A stretch of 64,000 nucleotides of DNA from Hydrolagus affinis (Eukaryota): the NCBI GenBank assembly GCA_012026655.1, contig JAAILG010000680.1:1-64000 (forward strand). The letters are read 5' to 3'. How positions within the stretch are numbered: the stretch's first letter is position 1; the number at the start of each line of letters is the position of its first letter. The translations under genes and the position numbers were made by a program. The notes below the pieces were generated by a model. That model was not told where the DNA came from, did no database searches, and was given only the letters and a program-made list of their open reading frames with translations. This document shows, piece after piece, positions 37,641 to 50,706 of this stretch.

Positions 37641-39648
37641 AAATCCAGCACCTTGGAATGTCCTCATGTGAAAGACCCTACACAAATGTAATTTTGTTGC
37701 TATTGTTGTAAATCAAATACAGGGATTATTATTACTATATTATCACCTTAACATCACTGCCATACTCAAAACTGAAACCAAATATTGAAGATACATATCA
37801 TGAAATAAATAAAAACTCAGAAGCCTCGTTAAGTAATTAGTTTGATATTTTATTGTGAATTTCTTAATAACTGCAACTTTTGCAGTAATATTCATCTTTT
37901 AGTATTTTTTTTTGTTGGCGCACTGATGTCTTGGGTTCACCTTAGGTTGACCACAACTGATCTAGCGCTCTAAGCGCTCTGAGACGCCATCCAGTGTGGA
38001 GGGTGCTGTATAAATCAAAGTTGTTGTTGTTGACCACCACTGATCTATACAGTCAATGGTTGATAGCTATTAATAATATAACAAAACTATGTTAAGGTGT
38101 ACTGAATACCTCTGTAAATCTGCCTCGATCCCTCTGGCTTTTACTCTCTTTATCCATTCAGATCACCTCTTGACCTTGCTGTTTCACTGTGCCTATGGAC
38201 ACGTCCCCTCACTTATCCAGCTCAGTTTGAAACTCCGACACAAGACGCTGCTTCATGTGAAGGGGCGCTGTGTAAATATAAGTTATTATTGTGCGTGTGT
38301 CAAAATAGATCTGTGGCACAAGAAAATCAAAGACTTTTCCCTTTTATTTTAATGACCAAAAGAGTATTTATTAATAATGACATCCATCAGTCACAATTGG
38401 GTTACTTGTCCAATTTCCAAATCTGATGCCAGCATGGAGACAACAACAAAAACAAAAACAATAAATTGCATTTATATAGCACCCTCACAATGGGAGGACG
38501 TCCCGAAGCGCTGGGCAGTGAGGGGTTTGCACCCGAGCTGCCGGTTGGGATCAGGACGAAAAATGACTGAAGGCACAGTAGTATTTGAGTATTTTATTTG
38601 GTATTTGGATGTTTGTAGTGTTTAACTATAACTGGTACATGGTTGACACTAAATAATGAGCTTTATTATGGTTCATCACATAAACCACGTGTGCAAGGCT
38701 GCTCAGCAGGCATCTCAGTGCCCTCTCTCCCAAACGCCTCTCCCATATGTCCTCCTGATGTGTTAAAAATTTAAGACTTATATTGCTTCACCTCCTCTCC
38801 ATCAGTCTTTAAACACCTGGTTCTCCGAGTGTGCCTACGGTCACCTTTCCTCCTTCTCTTTCCTTGTACGGTGCCCTTGGGATGCCTTGCAGTGTCCTCC
38901 TGACATGAAAGGCGCTCTATGAATATAATTTGGTATTGTATTGTCCCACACCTGTATGTCTGTGACACCGAGGGACACACTTGAATGGTGTACCTTGTTA
39001 GTCGGGCCACCAGGGGCCAATGGTGCAACCACTGAGCTACCCTACAATGTCATCGGTTGGTGGTAACCTGGAACGGGAGAGTAGCGTGACATAACTTCTT
39101 GATGGTAATAAATAATCCTTGCATTTGATACAACATGATCGAGATGTTACTCTGAAATTGTAGTGACTGATTGTTTTAAGGTGAATGCAGCAGCCAATTT
39201 ATTATTATTAATTTTGCACACAGCAACATCCAACTAAAAAATATCATGGAGCAAACAACCAATTTTAAAGTCCATCTGAACAGGCACAAATGGGACCCTG
39301 GTTTAACATCTCATCCGAAGGCAACTGGGACATGCAAGCACTACATTGGGGGTCAGCCTAGATTGTGTGAGCAAAGTGTCACCAACATGGGACTTTAACC
39401 CACAACATTTTGTTTCAGAGGGCAGAGTACCAGTGACTGAGCCGGGCTACCAATGTACACTGAATGGAGGAGTACAGTGGAGGAGTACAGTATTATTATG
39501 TACATTTAACTAAATAAATTGTGCTTATCATTTCAAATAATGAATTGCTGTAATGATATAAAATTGACAGGAATTGATCAAAATAATACAAATGTGTAAA
39601 GCGCAACTGCGTGATAGTTCAGTGTTAAGAGTTGCTCTCGCTCTGTGA

Positions 39649-40805
39649 TCACACAGAAACCCTCAGTCCACGCCTTGATTTCCGTAGTGACCTCAGTTCT
39701 TTCACACCTTCTGTACTGAACCGATGCTCGCTCAGCCTGAAACCATTTTAACAAAAGTTAAAACCGAAAATAAACCAACATCATAAACATTTATACGTTT
39801 TGTTGTTTCCAGAATCACCTAATACACAGAAGTTCCTGACTGAAACTCAATTATTTATATAGTGATACAGGCCAAGTTTGTATACTTCACAAAACAATCC
39901 TTCACCCCTCTAGTCTCCTCCCCTCTACTATACCCTTCTATTCCCTGCTCACTTGTCTCTGTATTAACTTTTCTCTTAAATACATTCCCGCTCTTTGTTT
40001 TAACCACAGCTCCGGGCAGTGAATTCCACAGTGTAAAAAAGTTCCTCCTAAACTCCCAAGTAAATCTGTTTCTATCTATCTAATATTTATACCCTCTCAT
40101 TATAGACTCACCAACAAATGGAAATAGCCTATTAACATCTTCCACATTACCCAATCCTTTCATAATCTTTAAACCACTCGATCGGTTCCGCTGTCAATCG
40201 TATCAATTTGAAAGAGAAAATCTCTGATCTGTTAGTCTTCCCTGATTGCTGGATCCACTCATATGTGGGAACATCCTGACAAACAAACCCACTTTTTGTG
40301 TGTTTAGTTGCATAGACTTACAATGGCAAACACTCACCAGATCCGCTCGAGGTAAGTGGAGCTCAGCAAGAGAGCACGGAGAGGGGGCACGGACATGTCT
40401 GTGAAAGAGTTTGTTCCCAGTACTAGGTGCTTCAGGGAGCGGTTTGAGATGAGAGAGGATGTGAGATCCTCGATACAAACATCAGTCAGACCGACATTAT
40501 TGAGTCTGTAGATGAAAATTATTATTAGCCATTTTAATAATAATTTTAAATTTGATACACCGCCTTTGATTTCAGGAGAATGTCCTAGAGCACTTTACAG
40601 GTAATACTGTAAAGTGGAGTGACTGTATAACTTGTAAATGACCGGCTTCCAATGTGCGCATAGCATAGCCCCACAATCAGCCATGGAGTGAATGACTGAT
40701 TTTATTTGTGGGATTGTTGGCCAGGACACTAGGAGAAAGAAACTCGCTTCACTTTACCAAGAGCACAATGGGGTCTTTAACATCCTCCTGAACAGGCAGA
40801 CAGGT

Positions 40806-40836
<31 letters not shown>

Positions 40837-43800
40837 TACCTCTGACAATGAAACACACCAGCAGCACTCGCTGGAGGGTAAACTTAGATTCTGTGAGTTA
40901 CACGTCCTAATGTGCGGCTTGAACCCACAACCTTCTGTCTCGAAGGCGAGAGAGTAATTGATCGAGCCGGGCTGACTGAATAAGAGTCAGAATAATCACA
41001 TTAATCTACAATCAGTTGCTAACACAATTTTACAGAATGTTGCTTACTCCAAATTCTGGATTTTACAGTTGGGGTTCCTCAGAGCCACAGACAGTTGTTT
41101 CATGCCCGAGTCTCCCAAGTTATTATTGTTCAGGTTCAGCTTAGTTAGTGAAAGGTTAGTACTGAGAGCGGAGACGAGGTCCTCAATACAGTCAGCTGTC
41201 AGACTGTTACCTTCCAACCTGGATATCAGAGAAATAACAGTGCATAAATTAAGCATTAATCCTCGCATTTGATACACCATTTTGGGGAGGAGGACTTCAC
41301 AAGTACACAGAATATGCTGTAAAGTGTAGTGACTGTGTGTTTGTAGACAACCATGGCCAATTTGCACAAAGCAATGTCCCACAAACAGCCATAAAGTGAA
41401 TTACTTATTTATCTGGGATATTGTCGGGACACCAGCGGAAGCTCTCTCAGGTACTGACAGCATCAACATCCAAGGATGCACACCCCATCTCACTAAGCCA
41501 GTTTGGAACCTTGGTGTCTTGTTTGACCCTCAACTATCCTTCCTACCCCACACCCGTACCATATCCCATCCTCGTCCAACTCCACTGGCTTCCCATCACA
41601 CAGAAGATACAGTTCAAGATCTTGGTGCTCACCTTTAAAGTGCTTCATGGTCTTTCTCCCCCACCTCTGTGACCTCCTAACCCTCTACCAACCTGCTGAC
41701 TCCCTCCACTCAACAGGCTCCGGTCTGCTTCATGACCCCTGCCTTGAATGCCACCATAGGCCAGCGAGTCTTCAGCCACTCTGCCCCCACCCTCTGGTAC
41801 ATCCTGCAGTCCCTCCAGCTTGCTCCCTCCCTTATCTCCTTCAAGACCCATCTCAAAACCATCCTCTTCAACTGTGCCTTCAGTCACCCTCTTTCCACCC
41901 CTACTCTCCATCCTCCCCGATCCCGCCCCCTAGCTCAAATCTGAAACACTGACTGTTCAGTGGGACGTCTTGGGACGTCCTCCCGACGTGAAAGGAGCTA
42001 TACAATTTTTGTAATGTAATCTTTGTTGTTGTTGTTGTTATTAGCTCAGTTTGTAGCACTTTTGCTTCTGGGTCAGAAGGCTATGGATTCAAGGCCCAAC
42101 TTGGGAGTTGGAACCCATACAGTCCAAGCTGGCAATCCAGTGCAGTGTTGGGGGATTCGAGAGGTCGAGGGATGTGCTGGAGACTAGAACCAGATGAGCA
42201 AAAGGCATGGGGAGTTGAGTGGGGTGTGAACAGGTGCGAAGTGGAGTGACAAAGTGTGAATTGATTTGTAGGTGGGTGTGAAGAGCTTGAAATCGATGAT
42301 CAATGCTCTCAACTATTTCAGAGCACTTTGGGTGACGGTATTTCACCTCACAGTTTTGCTTACCCCAGATTCTGTATTTTACACTCAGAGTTCCTCAGAG
42401 CCACAGCTAGTCCCTTCACTCCCAAGTCTCTCAGGTTATTATAATCCAAGAACAGTTCAATCAGTGACAGGTTTACACTGAGAGCGGAGACAAGGTCCTC
42501 GGTACATGCAGCTGTCAGTCCATTACTTGATAAACTAGACATTAGAGACATAAAGAAATACAACATGTTTACATTTCCCCAATGCCTTTCATGGGGACGT
42601 CTCGAGGACCCTTTCAATCCTGGCCATCAGCTTGAGCTAATGTAATTTTGTTGTTGTTGGTCTGCAGCCCGTGGAAGAAGGAGTTGGAAAATTTGGCAAG
42701 CAGGGAGTTAGTATAGAAAAGCGTGAAGCATAGTCAACATGTGAAGGCTGTATATAAATTTAAGTTGTTCTTGAGAGTTTAACAGATGAGTGAAATGTTT
42801 GCTCCAGATTTTATTATAACCAGTGATTGCCACAACCTCACACAGTGAGTGACTTACCACAGTTTCTGTATGTGACACTCTGGGTTCTTTAGAGCTGCGG
42901 ACAGTCGTTTTACTCCTGAATCTCCCAGGTTATTGCCCCATAAACTGAACACAGACAGAATCAGAATCAGAATAATCTTTGCATTTGAAATAACGCCTCA
43001 TCATGTCATTGAGATGTCTCAAAACCCTTCACAGAAATTAATGTAAAATGTAGTGACTGTTTTATAGGGGGACGCAGCAGCAAGTTGGCACGCAGCTTCC
43101 TGCAAACAGCCATAAAGTGAGTGATTGATTTGGGGGATTGTCAGCCAGGATATCAGAAGAGAGAAATTCCCTTCTCTTTTCTAATAATGCGGCGAGATCT
43201 TTAACATCGACCTGAACAGGCACAGATATGAGTTTGGTTTAATGTCTTATCCAAAAGATGTGACTCCGACATTGCAGTTCTCCCTCCAGCACTGTGCTGG
43301 AGCTTCAGCCTGGACTATATGAGTTCCAACTGGATTTGAACACACAACCTTCTGACTCAAAGGTGAAATGCTACCAACTGAGCCACACTGGTACCCAGAA
43401 CATGAGGGAATTATTGAAGGCATAGAAACTGTGTACCAGTACTCTATAGTGGGATAAGCATGGAATGAGTAATATTGGAACATAGAAAGATATAATATTA
43501 TTATTATACTGTAGAAGGATATACTGTACTTCAGGTTTGTGCACTTGTGAATCGTGGGGAGCAATCGCTGGATCCCTTCAGCTTGAACCAAGCAGTTACT
43601 GAAATACATCTCTCCCACAGTGTCACAGGGCTCCATGATTCTTGCCAGCACAAAGCAGTCAACCACACTCAGATGCAGGGCTTCCTCTGGGTATGTGTCC
43701 CCAAAGTTCAGGGCTTCTAACGACCTCATTGTTTGCCGCATCAGCTCCACATCCTGACTCTCAGACAGAAAGTGGAACAAGTCCATCAAATCCCTCTTGC

Positions 43801-46800
43801 TGCTCACATCATCCAGGTTGTGGGGCCGCTTCTCCAACTCTTTGCTCAGCCAGGCAGAGACGTTGGAGGCCATCTCTGGACAAAGTGGACCTACCAAGTC
43901 CTCAATGCGTCCCGACGTGTGGGCGCTGAGGCCGATAAGGAAATGGATAAAGGGGTGGAATGGACAGTGCGAACTCAGTTGATCCAGGAGTGCCTCTACC
44001 GCTGGTGGTTCTGGGGTCAGGTAATGACCAAGTGCGGCCAAGTACTCCTGGAAAGCGAGGCGATGGAGCATGTACACACCGCTCTCTGCCCCCTCATCCA
44101 TCTCAAGGATGTTCATCCCAAGTCCTGAGATGAGGTCCCGGTGGTCCTCAGTGAAGTCAGTGCATGGCTTCCATCCTCCTTCATTCACCGCCCCCGCAGC
44201 TCGGAGCAAAGCCTCCCGCGCGGTCTCCTTCCCTCTGAGGCCTTGGTCATCTTTTAAGACATTGCAAATGAAATTTGAAAAGACCTGCGTAGCTGTTTGC
44301 AGGAGCTGGGGATTGCCCTTCAGTTGGGTGAAGACAGGAGGCAGTGATTTGCAGATAATCCGGTCTCCAGAAGGGTCAAAGCCCATTGTGTAGAGGATAT
44401 CAGTCTCCTTCGCCCGTTTCAATGCCACTAAGTTCTCATCACTGAAATGGCAACTCAGGTGATCCTCTCTACCTTTGTCGAAGAAGATGTCTGCCCACAG
44501 ATCAAGCTGTGCCTGACGCAGAGTCTCCAGGGCTTCTGGTCGGCTTGTGATCAAGACGGAACAGCCTCTCAGCATCGTTCCCCACACTAGACAGTGTACA
44601 ATGTCAGCTACCTCACAGTCCCCCTCAGGACCAGGGAAGTGAGTCTCAGTGCCTGCCTTTCTTTCCTTGTTTCCAAAATCAACCTTCACCTTGAACTGAT
44701 CCAATCCATCGAAGATGAAGAGAAGGTTCTCTGGGGAATCCCACACGTCCTCAAGTTCCTTTCCGAAGTGAGGATAGTAATTGCGGACCATGGTGCTCAA
44801 GTTCGTTTTCCCCTCAATGATATTCAAGTCTTGGAACATGAACCAGAAGACAAAGTGAAACTGGAGATATTTACTCCCTGAGACCCAGTCGTGGACTATT
44901 TTCCTCACCATGGTACTCTTCCCGATTCCTGCCGCCCCACTGACCACTGAAGTCCCCCCTTTGTCTCTGAACAAGCCACCAATTTGCAGTCTTTCGAGCT
45001 CCTCATTGTGTTTCTTCAGGCATTCTTCAACGTCTCTGTAATAATAATTTGAATCAGATCAAAATTAATCCTTGGATCCCAGGATGTCACTGGCTTCCGT
45101 TTTCACACAAAGCACACAATTGCTTCACTTTACAGTAAAATCCTTTGAAGCTCTTTTAGATGGCTCAACAATGTGATAAGGCATTGTATCAAATGCAATA
45201 ATAATGATTCATTTTATTATTATTAAGAATATTATTATTTGATATAACATTTAACATATCATCAAAATGTCTCAAGGGAAGTAAAGTGACTGATTTGTGA
45301 ATACAGCAGCAATTTGTGCACAGCAACTTCCACAGCAACAAACAGCAATGAGGTGAATGGTTGATTTACTCTCAGGAATTGTCAGCCAAGACACTGGGAC
45401 AGAGAAGTTCTTCTCTTTTCCAATAGCATTGCGGGATCTTTAATGTCTACCATACAATACGTCATGCATTTGATACAGCACTTTATCACATCGTTGAGAT
45501 GTCTCAAAGCACTTCACAGAAACATACTGTACTGTAAAGGGTGTGCTTTGTTGGCAAAGTGACTGTAATAATAATGATTTGATATACCTTTTCACGTCTT
45601 CTAGATGTCTCAAAGCGCTTCAGAATATATCTGTATTTAAACACTAATCATAAGGTCAGTGGAAAGCACTGAACACAGAAGGATCTCTAGTTTATGCTTT
45701 TCTGCAGCAAGTCAATTTTTCGTCTCTTGCACAAATACATTTCCTCTTCCTCTTCCTCCCCCTCTCCCCCACCCCCACCAAAAGGGAAAGAAGATGGCAA
45801 CTTGTGTGGACAATGTGACAGTGGAAGGCACACAAAGGTTTCAACTTACATCTGCCACTCCATCTTTGTACACACAGACATGAGGGGATTCAGAACCATC
45901 ACGTTGTCTGATCCCATTAACCAGGCAGATCAGCTGCTGAGTAAGACTTACAGAAACATCTGATCAGTAGTTACCCGCCTTAAAAGCGTGAGACCTGTTT
46001 TTGAATCCAGGCAGATTAGGGCGAAACCTTGGGCAAGTTTCCTTACTTCACACACATGCCTAATAATAATCCCTCCAAACAAAAAATAATAATAAAATTG
46101 GTCATTTCAATCCATGACTGTTTGTGGGACACTGTTGTGCACAATTGGCTGCTGCATTTCGCCCACAAATGTACAGGCATTACAGCATTATAAATTTACA
46201 GTATGTTCTGTGAAGTGCTTTGAGACGTCTAGAAGACTTGAAAAGCGTTATATCAAATGCAAGGATTATTATTATTATTATAACAGTACATTTATAGAAA
46301 ATATTGTAAAGCACCACCTTTGGTTATTGAATGGAATCCCATTCAGTTTATTTTATTTGTATCCATATGTACCACATTTTACACTAGTCATGAGCAACAG
46401 TTCGTTCGGGAGCTTATAGAAATTGATTTCTTATACCTTTATCATGCAGTTCAGAGAGCACGACTACACAAAACCTTAACAAGCAAACAATTCAGTTCAA
46501 TGTTTCATTGGAAGACCACACCTCTGACAATGTGATACTCCCCCAAATACTTCACTTGAACCCATAAACTTCCAAATTAGAGTCAGTGTGAGTGACTGAG
46601 CCAGACTGAGATGATCTTTTCTTTGCTTCACGACTACCCATTCATAACTACCCGAATCTGAGCTCATTCGAAGGTCCACAGTGAGTGTGCTGAGGGCAGA
46701 CTGTTCACCACTCACCTCTCACATTCCGCTCGCAGGCAAACTTTGTGCTGATGATGAATATCTGCATTAAAAAAATTAAAGAAAATATTTACCTAAGACA

Positions 46801-47774
46801 GTAATGCAAGGAATAATTTATATTGAACATAATTCTTGCATATGTGAAAGGCGCTACACAATGTAATTTTGTTGTTGCTGTTTACAATAAATCCAGTCAG
46901 ATGTCCTCATTTTGTGTCAGCAGGATATCTGACTGGATTTTCTGTAAAATAAGAACATAAGAAATGCTAGACCAAAAAAGACCAAGGTCCATTGTAGAGT
47001 GTAAAGGTATAGTGACTGGATGTTTTGTGGGTGAATGTCACAGGCAATTTGTACACAGCCCGCGAACTGCCGTGAAGCGTCGATCTGGAAACCGGGAAAG
47101 AGAAACTCCCTTCTCTTTTGCAATAGTGTTGCGTGATCTTTAATGCCCATCTGAACAGGAATAGACGAGTTCTGGGTTTTACATCTCGTCGGAAAGATGG
47201 CACCTCTGACAATGGGATGCTCCCCTCAACACTACGGTCAAGTTGAAGGAACAACAACAAATTACATTGATAGAAATGACACTGCATTGTCAGAAGTGAA
47301 CCAAGTAAACCAAGACACGATTTCATCCACTTCATGGCTGTTCGGGGATGTTACTGAGCACGAGGTTTGTCTTTGACTATAGTGTGGTACTGGAGTGAGC
47401 ACCACACTGTCAGAGTGTCTGTAGACTGTGAGACTTTTTGTTCGGACGTGGGTTCTTGAAACCACAACCTTTTGACTGAGAGACGAGAGTGCGAGTGACT
47501 AAGTTAGGCGGACACTTACAGAGATGGCAATTGAAATTGTAAACTCCCTTCTCTTTTCCAATATTGTTGTGGGAATTCTAACGTCCACCTGGACAGGCAA
47601 CAACCACAACAACAAAATTACACTTGTATAGCGCATTTCACGTCTGGAGGATGACCCAAGGCGCTGAACGGGACCTCAGTTTAACATCTCATCTGAAGAA
47701 ATTCTCAACATACCTGTGCCAGCTCTTTCTTCATGCCCTCTTGATGGACATTTAAGACTTGGATCCTCAGCCAT
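39649..47774 (-). CDS. NACHT-LRR (NLR family, NLRP3/NLRC3-like) protein, about 765 aa, no N-terminal death-fold domain detected
   Basis: Minus-strand exons 47714-47774 (MAEDPSLK...), 46716-46761, 43530-45035 (NACHT: Walker A GAAGIGKST, Walker B LLFIFDGLDQ, sensor-1 ITSRP, FQEYLAA), ribonuclease-inhibitor-like LRR exons 42858-42944, 42364-42534, 41048-41218, 40338-40505 (NNLGDSGVKRLSAAL type), and terminal exon 39649-39736 (...RRGLRVSV*). Total 2298 nt in frame. The two small 5' exons are less certain than the rest. Confidence 0.85.
40534..40976 (-). mobile_element. Deu-domain SINE (SacSINE1-like)
   Basis: Same Deu core and tRNA head in reverse orientation. Confidence 0.7.
41465..42040 (+). 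mobile_element. L2 LINE 3' fragment
   Basis: Decayed RT C-terminus [30 protein letters not shown] and SFKTHLKT, plus a (GTT)n tail. Similar L2 pieces at about 365-640 (-), 17925-18250, 53090-53440 and 57870-58060 (-). Confidence 0.75.
42972..43390 (-). mobile_element. Deu-domain SINE (SacSINE1-like)
   Basis: Accounts for the non-NLR C-terminal tail of ORF 43247..44974 (…[16 protein letters not shown]…). Confidence 0.75.
45960..46282 (+). mobile_element. tRNA-derived SINE (SINE2-1_CM-like)
   Basis: Degenerate head, conserved ttgggcaagtttccttact body, (ATT)n tail. Confidence 0.8.
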
Positions 47775-49790
47775 CGTGGTTACAAATGGTTATGTGGTTC
47801 TATCATGCCCTGCAATAATGTCACAATTTAGCTGGTCAATTTTCACTTAACATATCAGCACATTTGATAATTTTGTATTATAAACTTATGAGTTTCTTGA
47901 GTTTATTTGGAGCAAGCCTACATGTGAGGAAAACATATTTTAAAGGTAAGTTTGGGGCAGGTGGAAAGCAGGGAAATGGCAGTGAGAGAGTTAACAATCT
48001 GAGCACTTCACTTGTGGCAGAAACATGTGATTCTGACTATTTTTGAAGGAAAAAAAATTAAATAACCAAAAGGTGTTATATAATTGCAAATGATTGATTA
48101 CCTGTAAAGAATGTACTAAAAACAGACATAAAGAGGGCAGAGTTCACTGCAACACACTGAGGCAGGATCCTGGAACGGTGAAATCAAGTAGGCTGAGATC
48201 AGTTGTACTGTGATCCTCACATGATCAGATCCTCCATGTTTGTCCCTGTTTTTTTGGGTGAGCCCAACTGACCTACTGAGGATTATGTACAGTAATTAGA
48301 CAGACAGAACAGTCAATCCCTGTATAAGTAGGCATGTAATTGACTGACAAAGAGAGCGAGTGAACAAGCAAGCTCTGGCATCAGACCAACACGACAGCTT
48401 GTAGTGTACTCACTCTGGATGTCCCGGATCTTGCTGGCTGGCATTCCCGGGAGAATGTGATTTGTGGAGTCGCTTGCTCTGCTCAGTACTGACTCCTCCT
48501 CTCACTTTCCTTACTGTGTCTCTGACATGACCCTGAGAGACTGATGTTTCACAATCACGGAAGCACAGCGTACAACACATTCATTGTTTCACAACAGCCA
48601 GGATATGCAGACTGCAAACCAGACTAAGCCCAGCTCTAGGTGTGTTCAGTGGATTGTGGGCAGTGAAGTAAGTTACAGTATCAGACCATTAAAGAGATTT
48701 CAAACTGAACTCACCATTGGCTCTGTGTGGTAAGGTTAATAGGTACTTTTCCACTTGATGGTGAGAGTCAAAAGAGGCACAATAAAACAGTTGCAGTTAT
48801 ATTACCTTTATACAGTAACAGATCTAAAGGAGTTTAGGAAGCATTTCTTCACACAGGTTGTGAAATTGCAGAACTCACTGTCGGAAGCTGTGGTAGAAAC
48901 AAAAACATAAATGTGAGAGAAACATTCATACAGAGACGAGGAAGAGGGGATTAAAGGGGTATATGAGAGGGGTGTTGGGAAGGGGAGTAGGAAGATGTAG
49001 GAGTGGAGAATAGAAGGGTGTAGGAGAGGGGGAAAGAGGAGTGTAGGGAGAGGGCATGCAGGAAAGGGCAGTAGAGTGGGGGGGTTAGGGTAGGGGAATA
49101 GAGGGATGGGGCTCGTGTGGAGTATAAACACGGCACTGTCCTCGCTGGATGGATATGTACTTCTTACCTGATATTGGAAAGTATTGGGCTCAGGTTGGCA
49201 AGAGCCAAAGCTTGGTTGCGGACTCCAGAGTGCACGTTGAGGTACTCCTGGAGTCCAACCGGTTAAAACCATATAGCTTGCCAGCATATTGCGGTTGAAC
49301 AAGCTTTACCACCCTATCCATTGGGACTATGGATTGCAGGATTAACAGCAGCTGAGTGGAATAACTCCCTGTCCCCAGTGATGGTCTGCCCTTACAGGTC
49401 GTGCCAATAAGCCAAGGTGGCTGAGCTGTCATCAGCAGTGCCCTGGAATACTGCAGACCCGCCTGGTTGAGGAACCAGACTAGAGACTAGAGACCTCTAC
49501 AGCTGACAAATCATTGCTAGGAATGGCACCTTGGAAAACCCCCTAAGTGGGGTCTTCCAAGCAGACCCCACTTAGGCACAAACTATGGTTGGGCCAAACA
49601 GCCTGTGGCTGTGCTGTAGTTCTCTGGCTCCACTGATGAAGAGAGACGGTATCAGTGAAGGCTCACAGCCTGAACAGGTACATGGATTATCCAGCAACAA
49701 AGCAGGTAAAGCAAAAAAAATCCTTGTTTTTAATCAATCACACAAGGCAAAGAGTGACATATACACACACCAGCAAGTCACAGACAACAT

Positions 49791-49796
49791 TTTATT
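49791..49796 (-). terminator. candidate polyadenylation signal of the sortilin-like gene
   Basis: TTTATT on + (AATAAA on -) about 900 nt beyond the stop, followed on the minus strand by GU-rich sequence. Confidence 0.55.
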
Positions 49797-50706
49797 TAGA
49801 ATGAAATTACAGGAATTGTCTGTCTCAGACCATTCCACAAGCAGAGACACTCATATATTTACAGTGTCTTTCACATAGGAAGGGTGTCTCGAAGGCTTCA
49901 TTCACACTGCTGACTGGGTGCCTGAGCAGATGGAAGTGGTGGCTGAAAGCATTGTCCAAAAGATCGGACTTGAGTTGAAGAGACAGGCAGGCACGGAGGA
50001 AAACAGGCAGGCGCAGAGAAACACGCAGGAACGGAGAAAAACAGGGAGACACGGAGAAACAGGCAGACACAGAGAAACAAACAGACATGGAGAGACTCAT
50101 GGACACGCAGAGACAAGCAGACCCAGAGGATCAAGCAGGCCGAAGGTTAAGCAGACAGATGGAGGGAAAGAGGGACAGACATTGTTCTTGCTCACATCAG
50201 AAACACTCATTCCTAATAAACAAATAATAGGTTCGAGATTGGGGTTTCTAGTTTTGAAATCACACAGGTCTGAAGTGGAACTTAAGGCAGGCAACGAGTC
50301 AGACACAGTAACAGAGAAGTTCACTCCATGTTTCAGTGACTGTACTCGTTCTCCACACCACCACCTGCTGCTTAAAGATACGAGGAGAGGCAGCTGCCAT
50401 AGAAACAAAAGACGTTTGGACTTTTTAATTATCGGGACAGTAAAACATTTAGATTTGCACAGATGAATGTCATAAAAAAAGAAACTGTGGAGTATGTGAG
50501 GAAGAAGTCTCTGGTGTCTGTGCATGAGGAGTATTTGCACAAAGACTATTTTGTACGAATCCAGGTTTGCACGAGGGCTATTTTGCCTGAGGACTGTTTT
50601 ACACAAGGACTCTTGCATAAGGATTGTTTTGCATGAGGTTGCACTTCATAAACAAACCAGTTTGCAGTTTGGCAACTAATTGCTTGCTGATGTGAAATTT
50701 AATGGC

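Noticed and set aside
37226-37685. His/Thr/Ser-rich ORFs
   Set aside because: Translations of the TG-rich simple repeat.
43247-43529. C-terminal ~94 aa of the 575-aa ORF
   Set aside because: Read-through into the intron past the AA|GTACAG donor at 43530. The sequence is AT-rich intron plus a Deu-SINE.
48444-48455. TTCCCGGGAGAA as a STAT/GAS site near the NLR 5' end
   Set aside because: Does not fit TTCN3GAA or TTCN4GAA spacing; too weak to call.
49918-50618. 182-aa and 173-aa ORFs
   Set aside because: They lie in tandem repeats of the sortilin-like 3' UTR, have low-complexity translations and show no recognisable domain.
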